Origin: Octopus sinensis
Lineage: Eukaryota
Reading direction: 5' to 3'
Length of the DNA stretch: 49,586 bases
Assembly (NCBI RefSeq): GCF_006345805.1
Contig: NW_021834385.1
Span: 1-49,586 of the forward strand
Numbering within the stretch: the stretch's first letter is position 1; the number at the start of each line of letters is the position of its first letter. The notes under the pieces were generated by a model. That model was given only the letters and a program-made list of their open reading frames with translations, did no database searches and was not told the DNA's origin. Made by a program: the position numbers and the translations under genes. Positions 24,792 through 36,299 of the stretch are shown one piece after another.

Positions 24792-27700
24792 CACTACTAC
24801 TACTACTAGCACCACAACGGCGTCGGCGACGACGAGGACCACAACAGTGAGGACAGGACAAATTCCGCTGGTGTTAGCAACAACGTCGACGAAAGTGCCA
24901 AAGACCAAGTCGATAAAGAAGAGAAAGAAGAAGAAGAAAAAGAAGAGGAAGAAAAAGACCAAGTGGAAAGGGACCACGCTTAACTCGGCATCGAAATCGA
25001 AAGTTAAAGTCCAAACAGATGAAACGAAATTAAAAGGGTCGCATAGATTGCAGAGTTGCAACAGGGGACATAGTAGCGGAGTATTAAAGGATAAACGGCC
25101 GGGAACCGATAACTTTGATCCCAACTCCAAAAAGTCGCGTTGTTTTAAGCATCACCGCAAAAATATCGTAAATAAAGATTTGCCGAAGAAGAAGAATGGG
25201 AAAAGATTCGCTTCGAATAGAAAGAAAAAGCCGAGAAAACGAGAATCAACGAGACGTGTAGACGAAAAAGTAGAAGCATCTAACCGAAAGACTTTGGTTG
25301 CATTCTGGTTGGAGGCGACAAAGAATTGGTTATTAAAAGAAACTAGAATTTATGAAGGCAAGTACAAAATAGAAGATAGCGGAGTGGTGGATTTACAGCG
25401 AAAACTCGCAAAGTCAGCGAAATATGAGCTGATAAGTGTTACGAAAAAGAATATTAAAAATCGTAACAGTAAAAATATTAAAAAGAATAAGAAAACGAAA
25501 ATATCGAAAATAATAAAAAGGAGAGAGAAAATAAATTCAAGAGAATTGAGAATAAAAGACCCCAAAGCAAGGAGAAACGCAGAAAGAATAACACGAAAGA
25601 GGAACGTGGAGAGGAAAGACATAAAGTTTGTGGCGTCTTTCGTTAGATCAAGTTTAAGCCAAAACGATTCTTTGGCGTTCTTGAAGACATTTCATACATC
25701 CGTTTCACAACCGGAGCTGGAAAGGTTGTCAACGGAATTGTTATCTAACTGCAAAAGGGAAAAATTGCAACTGCTTCAAGTGGCAGCGACAATTAACATC
25801 AACGCTACAACAACAGCAACAACAATAACAAACACCACCACCACAACAACAACAAAAAACACAACAAACACCAGCAACAACAACAACAACAACAATACTA
25901 CAACAATAACATTCACAACCGCATTCACGAACACAGCTGCATTTTCTTCAACAATTCCAAGAATACCTAGTGAAACCATTATATGTATTAAAGTGTCAAC
26001 AACAACAACAACAACAAAAACAACAACAGAAACAACAACAACAAAATCAGCATTAGAAACAACATCAAAAAAAGCATTAGTTGTTATTCTGCTTTTAGTC
26101 GATTTGTACGCTTCGATATCATCGCGACAGTTTTATCAAAAGCATGTACAAAGCCACCAACATTATCACCTAGCATCACTACCACCTCTACTTTTACTTC
26201 TACTACCACCACAGTTACTACTACTATTACTACTACTATTACTTCTACTACTACAACCACTATTACTTCTACTACTAATACTACCACTACTACTACTAGA
26301 ATTGTTAGTAAGTGAAGCACTCCAGTCTCGACACTTACAACTACTACTTCTACCACACCTACAACTACCACTATTGCTACTAGTGCAATCATCACTACAA
26401 TTATTGTTACCAATATTACAAATACTACCTCTTTTCTTATTACTACTACTTATTCTACTACCTATACTACTACTACTCTTGTTACCTTTATTAGCTTTAT
26501 TTCTATTACTACTACTACGATTTCTATTTCTAGAATTTCAAGCACGGACAACACTATTACTGCAACTACTACTACTACTACTACCACATCAACCGCAACT
26601 TACCGCAGTAGTATTAGTTGCAGTAAGAAGTGGTGGTCACGTGACCGGCGTAAACTTTGCTCAAGCCGGAACGAGGCTTGGGTGGACGAACGGAAAGGAT
26701 CCAACGCGATTAACAAGAAGTTATTGTTATCTACATCATCCTCATCCTCCTCCTCCTCTTCCTCTTCCTCTTCCTCCTCCTCATCATCATTACCATCAAC
26801 ATTATCAGTGCCATCACTACCACTACAATTACTATCATCATCATCAGCATCATCATCGTCATCATCATCATCACCATTGTCATCGTCGTCATAAGAATCC
26901 CCAGCAGAATTATCTAATACGCCATTTTTATCATCATCATTGTCATTATCATCATCATCATCATCGCCGCCTGCAACAGCAGCAACAGCAGCAAATACAT
27001 CAGCATCATCAGCATCATCACCATCGTCATCATTACCAACGTTGCTGTCATCGGCAGAGAAATACGAGGCTGACATTTTGGATAACTGCGTCAGCGAATT
27101 ATAGGTTTGTACTCCGAGTAATACTTGTACAGTTACAACCACCTTCACAAAAACAACAACAACAATTACAATCACCGCAATCACTAGCTTCAATATTATT
27201 GTCCCCATTACGAATAACAACAAAAACAACGACGACGACGACGACGACAATAACAACAACAGCACAATCGTTGACAAGTCAACCATTGCAACAACAGCAA
27301 CAACAAGTATTGCCCCAGCCAGAACTATTGTTTTTCCTACTAAAATTATTACTACGCCCATCGCTACAACAATCGCCATCAACATCACCACCATCACCTT
27401 CACAACAACACCAACAAAACCGATTAATACTACTGCTGCAACTTTTACTACTATTACTACCACTTTTACAGCAACAACAACCACTACCACTACTACTACT
27501 ACTATTACTGCTACTATCATTATCATCATCATTACAATCAAAAGAACAGCAACGACCTCATGCATTACCACTACGACGAATACTACTACTGCTATTACCG
27601 CTACTACTACTAATACATAGACCACTACCTTCATCCCCCCATCAGTTGCTATTACCACGACTACTAAAACTACTATCTAAGCCACTTTTACTACTTATAT

Positions 27701-28542
27701 TACCACTACTACCACTTATACTGTTAAAACTACTTCGACCGCAACAAACACAGCAGCAATTGTTACAACGACAACAACCACAAATACTACAGCCGCTACT
27801 GACATCTCTACCACGACGACGACTACCACCACTACTACTACCACCACAACTATTAACGTTAATAATACTACTATTAATACTGTTACTACTACGAACAAAA
27901 GACTTAGTTCCCCTACAAGTAATATCACCAATTCTCTTAAATACATTATCATTCTCAGCGTCGTTGAAGACGCCATTGTCACAGTCTGTACTGCTACTAC
28001 TACCACTACTACACCTTCTCTTACTACCACCAAAACTACCTCCTTTACGACCACCACAGCGATCGCTGCTGCAGCTGCTGGTGTTGTTGTTGTTGTTATT
28101 ATTATTATTATTACGAACGACTTTCGATACGGCAGAAGGAAAAAGTTGTGGAGTTATTAGTGATAGAATTGGGCAGATTAAAGAAAAGAAGAGAGAAAGA
28201 AGGACAAGGAGAGAGAAAAGAGAAAAGAAAGGAGAGAAAGAAGCGGGAAGGAAGGAAGGTAAAAAGGGAAACAAAGCGGAAGTGGGAAAGCAGAAGAGGA
28301 AAGAAGGAAAAGAGAAGAGAAGCCAGAAAAACGAGAACAACCACAACAACAACAAGAACGAGAACAGCAACAACAACAACATCCTCATCATCATCAACAA
28401 CATCAGCAACAATAATAACAACAACACACAAAACGAAAAAAGCAACGAAAGCATAAACTCAACACCAACTTCAACAGGATCATCAAGTGCTACAACTGTA
28501 GGACAAACCTTAACAGCCCCCACATTGGCGATACCAGCATAA
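24022..28542 (+). CDS. Long orphan ORF (1506 codons from ATG 24022): Thr/Ala-rich, Lys/Arg-rich, then Leu/His/Gln-rich; no recognisable domain
   Basis: The frame is open for 4.5 kb, including about 290 codons of non-repetitive A-rich sequence (24900-25780). The ATG context is ggtATGg. The second half may be an off-frame reading of triplet repeats. Confidence 0.35.
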
Positions 28543-28898
28543 CCGCAAGCAAGGAGCACAACCACCACATCAGCAACAACAACAGTCACAAAACAACAAT
28601 ATATATTGCAAGAAAAGTGAAAAGACAAGATTTACAGCAGTGATACTGGTGTCATAGTTATCATCACAATCGTCATCATCATCACCTCCAGCAACAATAA
28701 GAAGAACATTGCATAGACACATCCTGTGCACAGTCATTAATATTTAGGTATAAAGAGTAATTTTACGAGTATAGCTAAGTCTGTTCATTTATTTAGGCGT
28801 AAAGAGTAATTTTGGGGAGTATAGACCAGTCTATTCATCTATTTCGGAGTAAAGAGCAGAGTGTGGATTATCGATAAATTTGCTTATCTATGATCTAT

Positions 28899-29084
28899 CT
28901 TAACGGAATATCTTAGCGATCAGGTTTAACGGAATATCTTAGCGATCAGGTTTAACGGAATATCTTAGTGATCAAGTTTAACGGAATATCTTAGTGATCG
29001 GGTTTAACGGAATATCTTAGTGATCGGGTTTAACAGAATAGCTTAGGATCGGGTTTAACGGAATATCTTAGTGATCGGGTTTAA
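28899..29084. repeat. 26-bp minisatellite, 7 copies, preceded by ~2.4 copies of a 49-50-bp unit (28741-28860)
   Basis: Unit TTTAACGGAATATCTTAGTGATCGGG, contiguous with no spacers. Confidence 0.95.
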
Positions 29085-29345
29085 AGACAAACATTGATAA
29101 ATATTTCTTCGGTCTATTTATCAAGAAGAAAACACAAGGAAATAAATAAAAACAAGGTAAAACACATCAAGGGATTAGAAAAGCTATATAGACAACGAGG
29201 ACGGACTCATTGGAAGAATTTCGAGCGAAGAATTTAGGCAGTTTGCTACGTTTTACATGTTCCAAAACGCTTCCAAAACGAATACAAGTGTCTATTTTAT
29301 TGCATCGTCCTTTGCAGACGACGGTTGGAATTTAACCTCTGAGTT

Positions 29346-30176
29346 TTGGGTTTCAAACAATTCGAAATAGACAAGTGTAAAGAAGAATCGCTGGAGAGCG
29401 TTAAATTGGACGCAAGACGCAAACGGTTTAGTGTTCTGCTGAAAGGGAAACCCCATAAAAGAAAACTGGAGGAACGAAAAGAAAAACGGGAGGAGAAGCA
29501 ACAGCTTCTGCTTGACGAACAGGAAGCGGACAGCGTGTGTTTCGTTCGGGAGAAGGAGTACCCGTCCCCGCGAGTCGAGTTGGAGTTTCAGCTCCATGAG
29601 TTTCGGCACCCGTCAGTACAGCCATCAACAACAGCAGTACCATCATCAACAGCAGCAGCAACACCACCACAACCGACAGCAGTTTCGGCGACTGTTGCCG
29701 CTGCTGTTGCTGCTGCTACTAACAACACAGGCAGCAACAGCAGCAGTAGCTGCATTAGTATCATCAGCAGCAACAACAACAGCATCAGCAGCAGCAGTTT
29801 AACCAGTAGAGGAACGGCAACAACTCAACTGTACAGTCATCCACTGAGCAACGATGGCAGCAGCAGCAGCAACAACAACAACGGTAGTAGCAGCAGCAGC
29901 GACAATGTTAACAACAACAGCATTAATACCAGCAATAATGGTGGCAGCAGCAACAACAACAACAGTAATAGCAGCAGCTCCACCATTTTCCCCGTTGTCA
30001 CACCAACCACGGCTGCAAGTCCCGTTCGACCACGAAACTTGCAGCAGCAACCGCATCCTCAACAGGCCCCAAGCAACACATATTTTCAACAGCAGCAACA
30101 ACAACAACAACAACAACAGCAGCAGCAACAACAACAACAACAACACAACAACAACAACAACAACAACAGCAGCAGC

Positions 30177-30207
<31 letters not shown>

Positions 30208-30406
30208 GCAAAGACCACCTTTAAGTCAGACCCAAACGACGCCGATCCAATTAAAATCGCAATCCCAACAACAACTACAGCAACAACGCCAACACCTGAC
30301 TTACTTAACAACCAGCATCGTCGTACACCACCACAACAACAGCAACAACAACCGCAACCACCACAACAGCAACAACAACAGCAGCAGCAACAGCAACAAC
30401 AACAAC

Positions 30407-30466
<60 letters not shown>

Positions 30467-31905
30467 GCTGCAGCTGAAAAACATTGACAGACGATCCAAC
30501 AATCTCACAACTGCTTCTGCGATTAAGAATAACAGCAGCAGTAGTAGTAACAGAAGCACAAGCAGCAGCGCTAGCAGCCCTCACAACGACGCCATTTCAC
30601 CGTCTCACAACGCTGCCAGGAACGTTCTGGGTACAAGTGTGACCAAGTCTAACGCCACTGCCGCCAACAACAACGGTAGCAGGTGCGCTAACCAGGTGAC
30701 CACCACCACTCAGATGTCCTCGCAGACACCGGCCGTTTCATCGTCCGGTGCCCACAATCCGGTGCAGTCACCGGCGTTAGAACTGAGACGGCTGGTCCCG
30801 CAGCTGAAACCACCTTCGCGAAAGGTGTACCATCACCACCACTACTACAACCACAACCATCGCCATCATCAGCAGCAATCACACCAACAACTGCAGCGAC
30901 AGCAGCAGAAAAAACAACAGCAGCAGCTGCGCTTGCAATTGCAGCCGAGCAGCTTTCATGCTCAGTTTGAGGCGCAACGTCAACGGGTCCAGAACCCTCA
31001 GTTGACGGAAACGTCGCCGGCGGCAACAGCAGCAGCAGCATCAACACCACCACCACCACAACCACCACAACCACAAACACAACCAAATGCATTATCACAA
31101 CAACAACAACAGCAACAACAACAACCACCGGCACCGTCAAGACAACAACAACTGCAGCAACAAAAACAACAATTTCAATTGCAACTCTTACAAACACAAC
31201 CTCAGCCACAACCGCAAAAACAACCTCAACAACAACCACCTAAACAATCCCCATCACAGCAGCAGCAACAACAACAACAACAAAAACAACAACAACAAAC
31301 CTCAAATTACACCCAACAAAAAGAGCAACAAAAACAGCTACAACAACTACAACAACACAACAACAACAACAACAAAACTACCAGAACCAACATCAGCTTG
31401 GTTACAGCTATCCTCATTCGCCAAGCCAACAACAACAACAACAACAACAACAGCAAGCACAACAGACAGCCCCATCCCGACAACCCCCACCACCGCCACT
31501 ACCCCCGCCACAGCAACACCAACCACAACAACACTTGCAGCTCAGGTCGGCGACGGCAACCATCGCTGCAGCAACGGCAGCGGCCATAACGATCTCCTCA
31601 ATAGCATCGACAGTGACCCCGACAGAGACGATCACAACGACAACGACCACCACATCGACCGCAGCAATAAGAGACGCCACAGCGACAACGTCAGCAACGT
31701 TATCACCTTCATCAGCATCCATTTCATTAGTGTCATCATCATCCTCATCTTCATCGTTTTCACCTTGTCGGCAACATCCTTACCAAATTTCTAACTTTAG
31801 CTTTGTACAGAGTCCCTCGCATCTTCGTTCTCAGACACACAGCAAGCATAGCAGCAACAACCACCTCAACAGGCAACAACAACAACAACAATCACAACCA
31901 CAAAC

Positions 31906-31941
<36 letters not shown>
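29346..31941 (+). CDS. Probable upstream part of the same exon: polyQ/N/S/T/H/P low-complexity N-terminus, frameshifted in this sequence
   Basis: Protein-like readings (29346-30145, 30309-31357, 31358-31941) join the T1 frame if single missing A's in (CAA)n at ~31357 and ~31941 are restored. Reaching 29346 needs further indels at ~30145 and ~30300-30407. Confidence 0.55.
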
Positions 31942-32213
31942 CAACAACAACCGCAGCTATCAAAACAAACGCAAAACATTAACTTTACCAGTAATCCACT
32001 TTCTGGTACTCACCATCAACAAACGCAACAGCAACAGCAACAACAGCAACAACAACAACAACAACAGCCTCAGCCTCATCCGAAATCGTCAGAGGCGACC
32101 CAGGTTCAAAACTCATTCAATCCGGATAATTTACTGAATGATCGACTTGTTCAACTCCAACCTATAATATTTCCTAGCTACCGCCATCTTAATAGTAATA
32201 ATAACAACAACAA

Positions 32214-32246
<33 letters not shown>

Positions 32247-32337
32247 GCATCCTCACTCTCATCCTCATCACCACAACCAACAGCATTACTACTCGCATCA
32301 TGAACAACAACAACAACAGCAACAACAACAACAACAA

Positions 32338-32372
<35 letters not shown>

Positions 32373-33639
32373 GTTTCATGTGGAAAGGGAAAAAGAGAAG
32401 AGAAACAACGATGGCGGCAGCGACGAGAGAGAAGAGAAAGGAAGACAAAAAAGAAAAGATAAAGGGGAGAGAGAAGACGAAGATAGAGGAAGAGGAGGAG
32501 GAGGAAAGGAGAGAACTGATTACGACGATGACGAAGAAGATGATATGGAAGAGGAGAGAGAACAACAGCAACCGCTATTGTCTTCTTCGCCGCAGACACC
32601 ACCGAGCCACGAATATGATCTGGCAAACAGTATCTCCTGGTTTACGGCCAGCGAATCGTATGAGAGGCGAAACACGTCGTACAGCGGCATAGCTGCCTCT
32701 ACCATCACCAACATGTCTGAATTAGCAGATGGAAGTTGTTACAGCCTGTCCACACACCAAAATCCTACTCCGGCCTCCTGCAATGTGCTCACACCAGAAG
32801 CAGACAGCGATATCACGGAAAGTTTCCGTTCGGTTCGAGACGAACTGCTCACCGGTTCCACCGAATATCTACCGGCCACCGACGGAGGTTTCGGGTTTAC
32901 GTACGGAAGTGGTACGGGCAACCCTTTCGTGACAAGTGGCGGCGTTGTGACACAGGATCATCGACGTCGCAGTGGCGGTTCGCGCCTCGGTCTGGGCGGT
33001 TACCGTGCCACCAACACCGGCATCAATTCGACGGTTGCCGCCACCGCCGCTGCCGCAGCTGCACACGCCGCCGCAGCAGCCACTAACTCGTTGCTGCACC
33101 GACAACCTTACTACAGCGTCACTCCCACAACACCGGGGAGCCACTCACAACATCGCCATGGCTCACACATTTACGATGACACCGTGGTATTAAACGTTGG
33201 TGGAAAGATCTTCGAGACGCGTCGTGCCACCCTTTTCCGATTGCCAACCATGAAACTGGCCAACACCGAAGAAATGGAAAAATACTATAGACCAGAACGA
33301 CGCGAATATTTCTTTGATCGCGATTCTGAGGCCTTCCGGATCATCTTGAATTACTTGAGAACGGGCGAACTGCATGTACCAATGTGTATGTGTGGACCGT
33401 CCATTAAGACAGAGTTTGAATTCTGGGGAATTGAAGAACACGATATTGAACGCTGCTGTTGGACCCAATATAATACTTGGAATACCCAAAGTAAGTCTCT
33501 GGAGAAGCTAGAGTCTTTCCGGAAGACGTCATTACCCCAAAACGGTCTGATGAATGAAAGACGTCTCTCCTGCTGGACACGGTACAGGGCAAAAATATGG
33601 AGTTTTCTTAACGACCCGACATCGTCAAAATATGCTCAG
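31942..33639 (+). CDS. Shaw: Exon segment of a voltage-gated K+ channel, Shaw/Kv3-like, with low-complexity N-terminal region, T1 domain and pre-S1 linker
   Basis: Stop-free frame 31942-33639 containing VVLNVGGKIFET, EYFFDRD, ILNYLRTGELH, the Zn motif H-x5-C-x20-CC (HVPMCMCGP...FWG...ERCCW) and IWSFLNDPTSS. It ends at a consensus donor. The assignment is family-level only and orthology is not established. In-frame ATGs lie at 32545 and 32713. Confidence 0.88.
33175..33462 (+). other. T1 tetramerisation (BTB/POZ) domain with non-Shaker Zn2+ site
   Basis: Translation DDTVVLNVGG...HVPMCMCGPSIKTEFEFWGIEEHDIERCCW. CGP, FWG and CCW match Shaw-type T1 better than Shab or Shal. Confidence 0.9.
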
Positions 33640-33645
33640 GTAAGT
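33637..33645 (+). other. 5' splice donor (phase 0)
   Basis: CAG|GTAAGT is a perfect consensus, placed at the end of the pre-S1 linker. Coding character is lost and TATC/TGTC microsatellite starts about 75 bp later. Confidence 0.9.
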
Positions 33646-33720
33646 CCGAAACACGCAGTCTTTACAGCATGCACCTTTCGCCTTTCTTCTCTCTTTGCTT
33701 CTTACAATTTATCTATATAT

Positions 33721-33930
<210 letters not shown>

Positions 33931-33941
33931 GTCTGTCTGCC

Positions 33942-33998
<57 letters not shown>

Positions 33999-34815
33999 AT
34001 CTAAACTTTCGTTTTAGTTACCACCAGAAATGACGTAGAGAGTCGCCATTATTATTGCTGTTGTTGATGTTTCTTTTCCCTTCATTAACTTCTTCCTCCT
34101 CCTCTTCCTTTTCTTCTTCTTCTTCTTCTTCTTCTTCTTCTTCTTCTTCTTCTTCCTCCTCTTCCTCCTCTCCGTTTTCACTCCATCTTGTTCTACCTCT
34201 TTGTCTTCCACCACCACCACCACCCCTTCTAAAATGGTCACCCCAAAATTATCCAAATTATCCGAGAGTCCCCCCCACTCGGCCCCTAATACTTGCAAAC
34301 TCAAGAATGGCTATTTACCAATGTTTACAGTTTACTAGACGACTTGGTCAATGGAAGAACTGGTTGAGCAATGCCTTGAATAATTTTTACCATATTTACT
34401 TCAGTTTCGTTGCGACGCATCCAGAGATCGAATTCTTTTAGAATCATTAAAAGAGAAATCTTTCTCGCCCTTCTTGCGGTTTATAAAACACATACAACTT
34501 CTCTATAACGCCTGACCCAGTTGAATCTTTATGTTCAAACAGAAGCGATCATTATTAATGGTGTGCATAAACAAAGACTAGGATGTTACAGTGTGTAAGC
34601 GGAACAGTAAAAATATGTAAGACTTATCGAAAGTTTAACGAGCAATCTTTAAGCGCCGTTGTGGTTGTATTGTTGGAGTTGTTATCGAAATTTTGTGGTG
34701 GAGCTTTGATTCTTTAATGGAAACCAAATAATTCTTTGCAAGAATTCATATAATACATAAAATGAAGGTAATACACACACACACACAGACACACAGAGAC
34801 ACACAGACACACACA

Positions 34816-34868
<53 letters not shown>

Positions 34869-35108
34869 ACATACACACATACACAAACACATTTATACAT
34901 GCGCGCACACACACACACACCTTCATGTACGCGTGTACACACTCTCTAATATATATATATATATATATAATATATATATATATATGCATAGAAGCGTTCA
35001 TACACATACAAACACACCCATATACACTATATTAATAGTGTGTATGCACCTATATATATGCATTTATGCACGTATTCATGTAAGCATACGTGTGAGTACG
35101 TATGCATG

Positions 35109-35183
<75 letters not shown>

Positions 35184-35517
35184 TATATGCATGTATATAT
35201 GTATGCATATATGTATATGTATGCATGTATGTATATACATACATATGCGTGTGTGTATACATACACATATATACTTATAAAGTTTCCTTACAATGTATAA
35301 CAATAGATTTTATTTTAAAATCTCGTATTGGGAGATTAATACATGGCAGGAAAAATATCACCATCCCTCACCACTACCACTACCACCACCACCGCCACCA
35401 ATTCCATCACCAAATCGACAACCATTGCAGCATCCAGTTATTATTAACAGAAAACATCCAAAAATAACAACAACAACAGCAAAGACAACGTATACAATGG
35501 CTGAAGCAATTTCTTTC

Positions 35518-35561
35518 TGCTACGTCACGCCCACGTAATGCCTACGTCACGCCTACGTCAC
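35518..35561. promoter_or_regulatory. Cluster of CRE-like sites (11-bp unit GCCTACGTCAC, about 4 copies)
   Basis: TACGTCAC at 35521, 35543 and 35554 (TGACGTAG on the minus strand), plus CCACGTAA. Confidence 0.3.
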
Positions 35562-36299
35562 CAAACAGGAATATTCCATTGAAGACTATATTTAATTTTC
35601 CATTATCTTTGATCTTCGTTTCCAGTTTTGTTGCTGTTGCGCGACAGGCCATTTTTTTTCTCTCCCAAAACTAAAGATAAATTGTTTCACCAATGGTGTT
35701 CCATAAATTGTATTACACCTGTTGGTTCCATCAATGCAGACTCGTTGACTCACATAAACTTAATGCACCGAATTTTCAATAGGAATCTCAGAAAAAACAA
35801 CAACGAAAACTCCATCGAACCAATCGATATTATTTATTGATCAGCAGAGCCTTGAAGTTAGAACAGTCAGAAGACAGGACGGATTATTTTATTTTATTTT
35901 TTTTTTACATTAAAATGATGTATTAGTTACGTCTGTGGAGGTTCATGTTGCTTTGTGTTGGAACACAAATACAGGATGAGATTGTGACTTTGCAAATTCT
36001 GCTGTCATTTTAAAATTTTTTCGTCAAACCGCAGGAATCGAGTGATTCACCAAAATAATACATGTTTTTTTCTCACCCCCTCCTCTTTCTCTCCTCTCCT
36101 TACCGTTTTCGCTCTTTTATTTGAAAAACAAGTTTTAACACTTTATCAATCCCTCTCTCGAAAAAGCAGTTAAGTAACTGCTATAGAAACCGATTCTTCC
36201 GTTTCGAAGACAAAAGAAAAAAAATGGATTAAAAAATATAGCTTCAAAAAATGTTCTGCTACCTGTCTTTGGAGCCTTTGTCAATTCAATGTTATGTCT

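Noticed and set aside
26600-28628. Long minus-strand ORFs (352 and 328 aa) as a separate antisense gene
   Set aside because: Val/Leu/Asp runs are the mirror of the + strand triplet repeats, with no domain or splice support.
28899-29084. 26-bp repeat x7 as a CRISPR array
   Set aside because: The units are contiguous with no unique spacers, the context is eukaryotic and there are no cas genes. It is a minisatellite.
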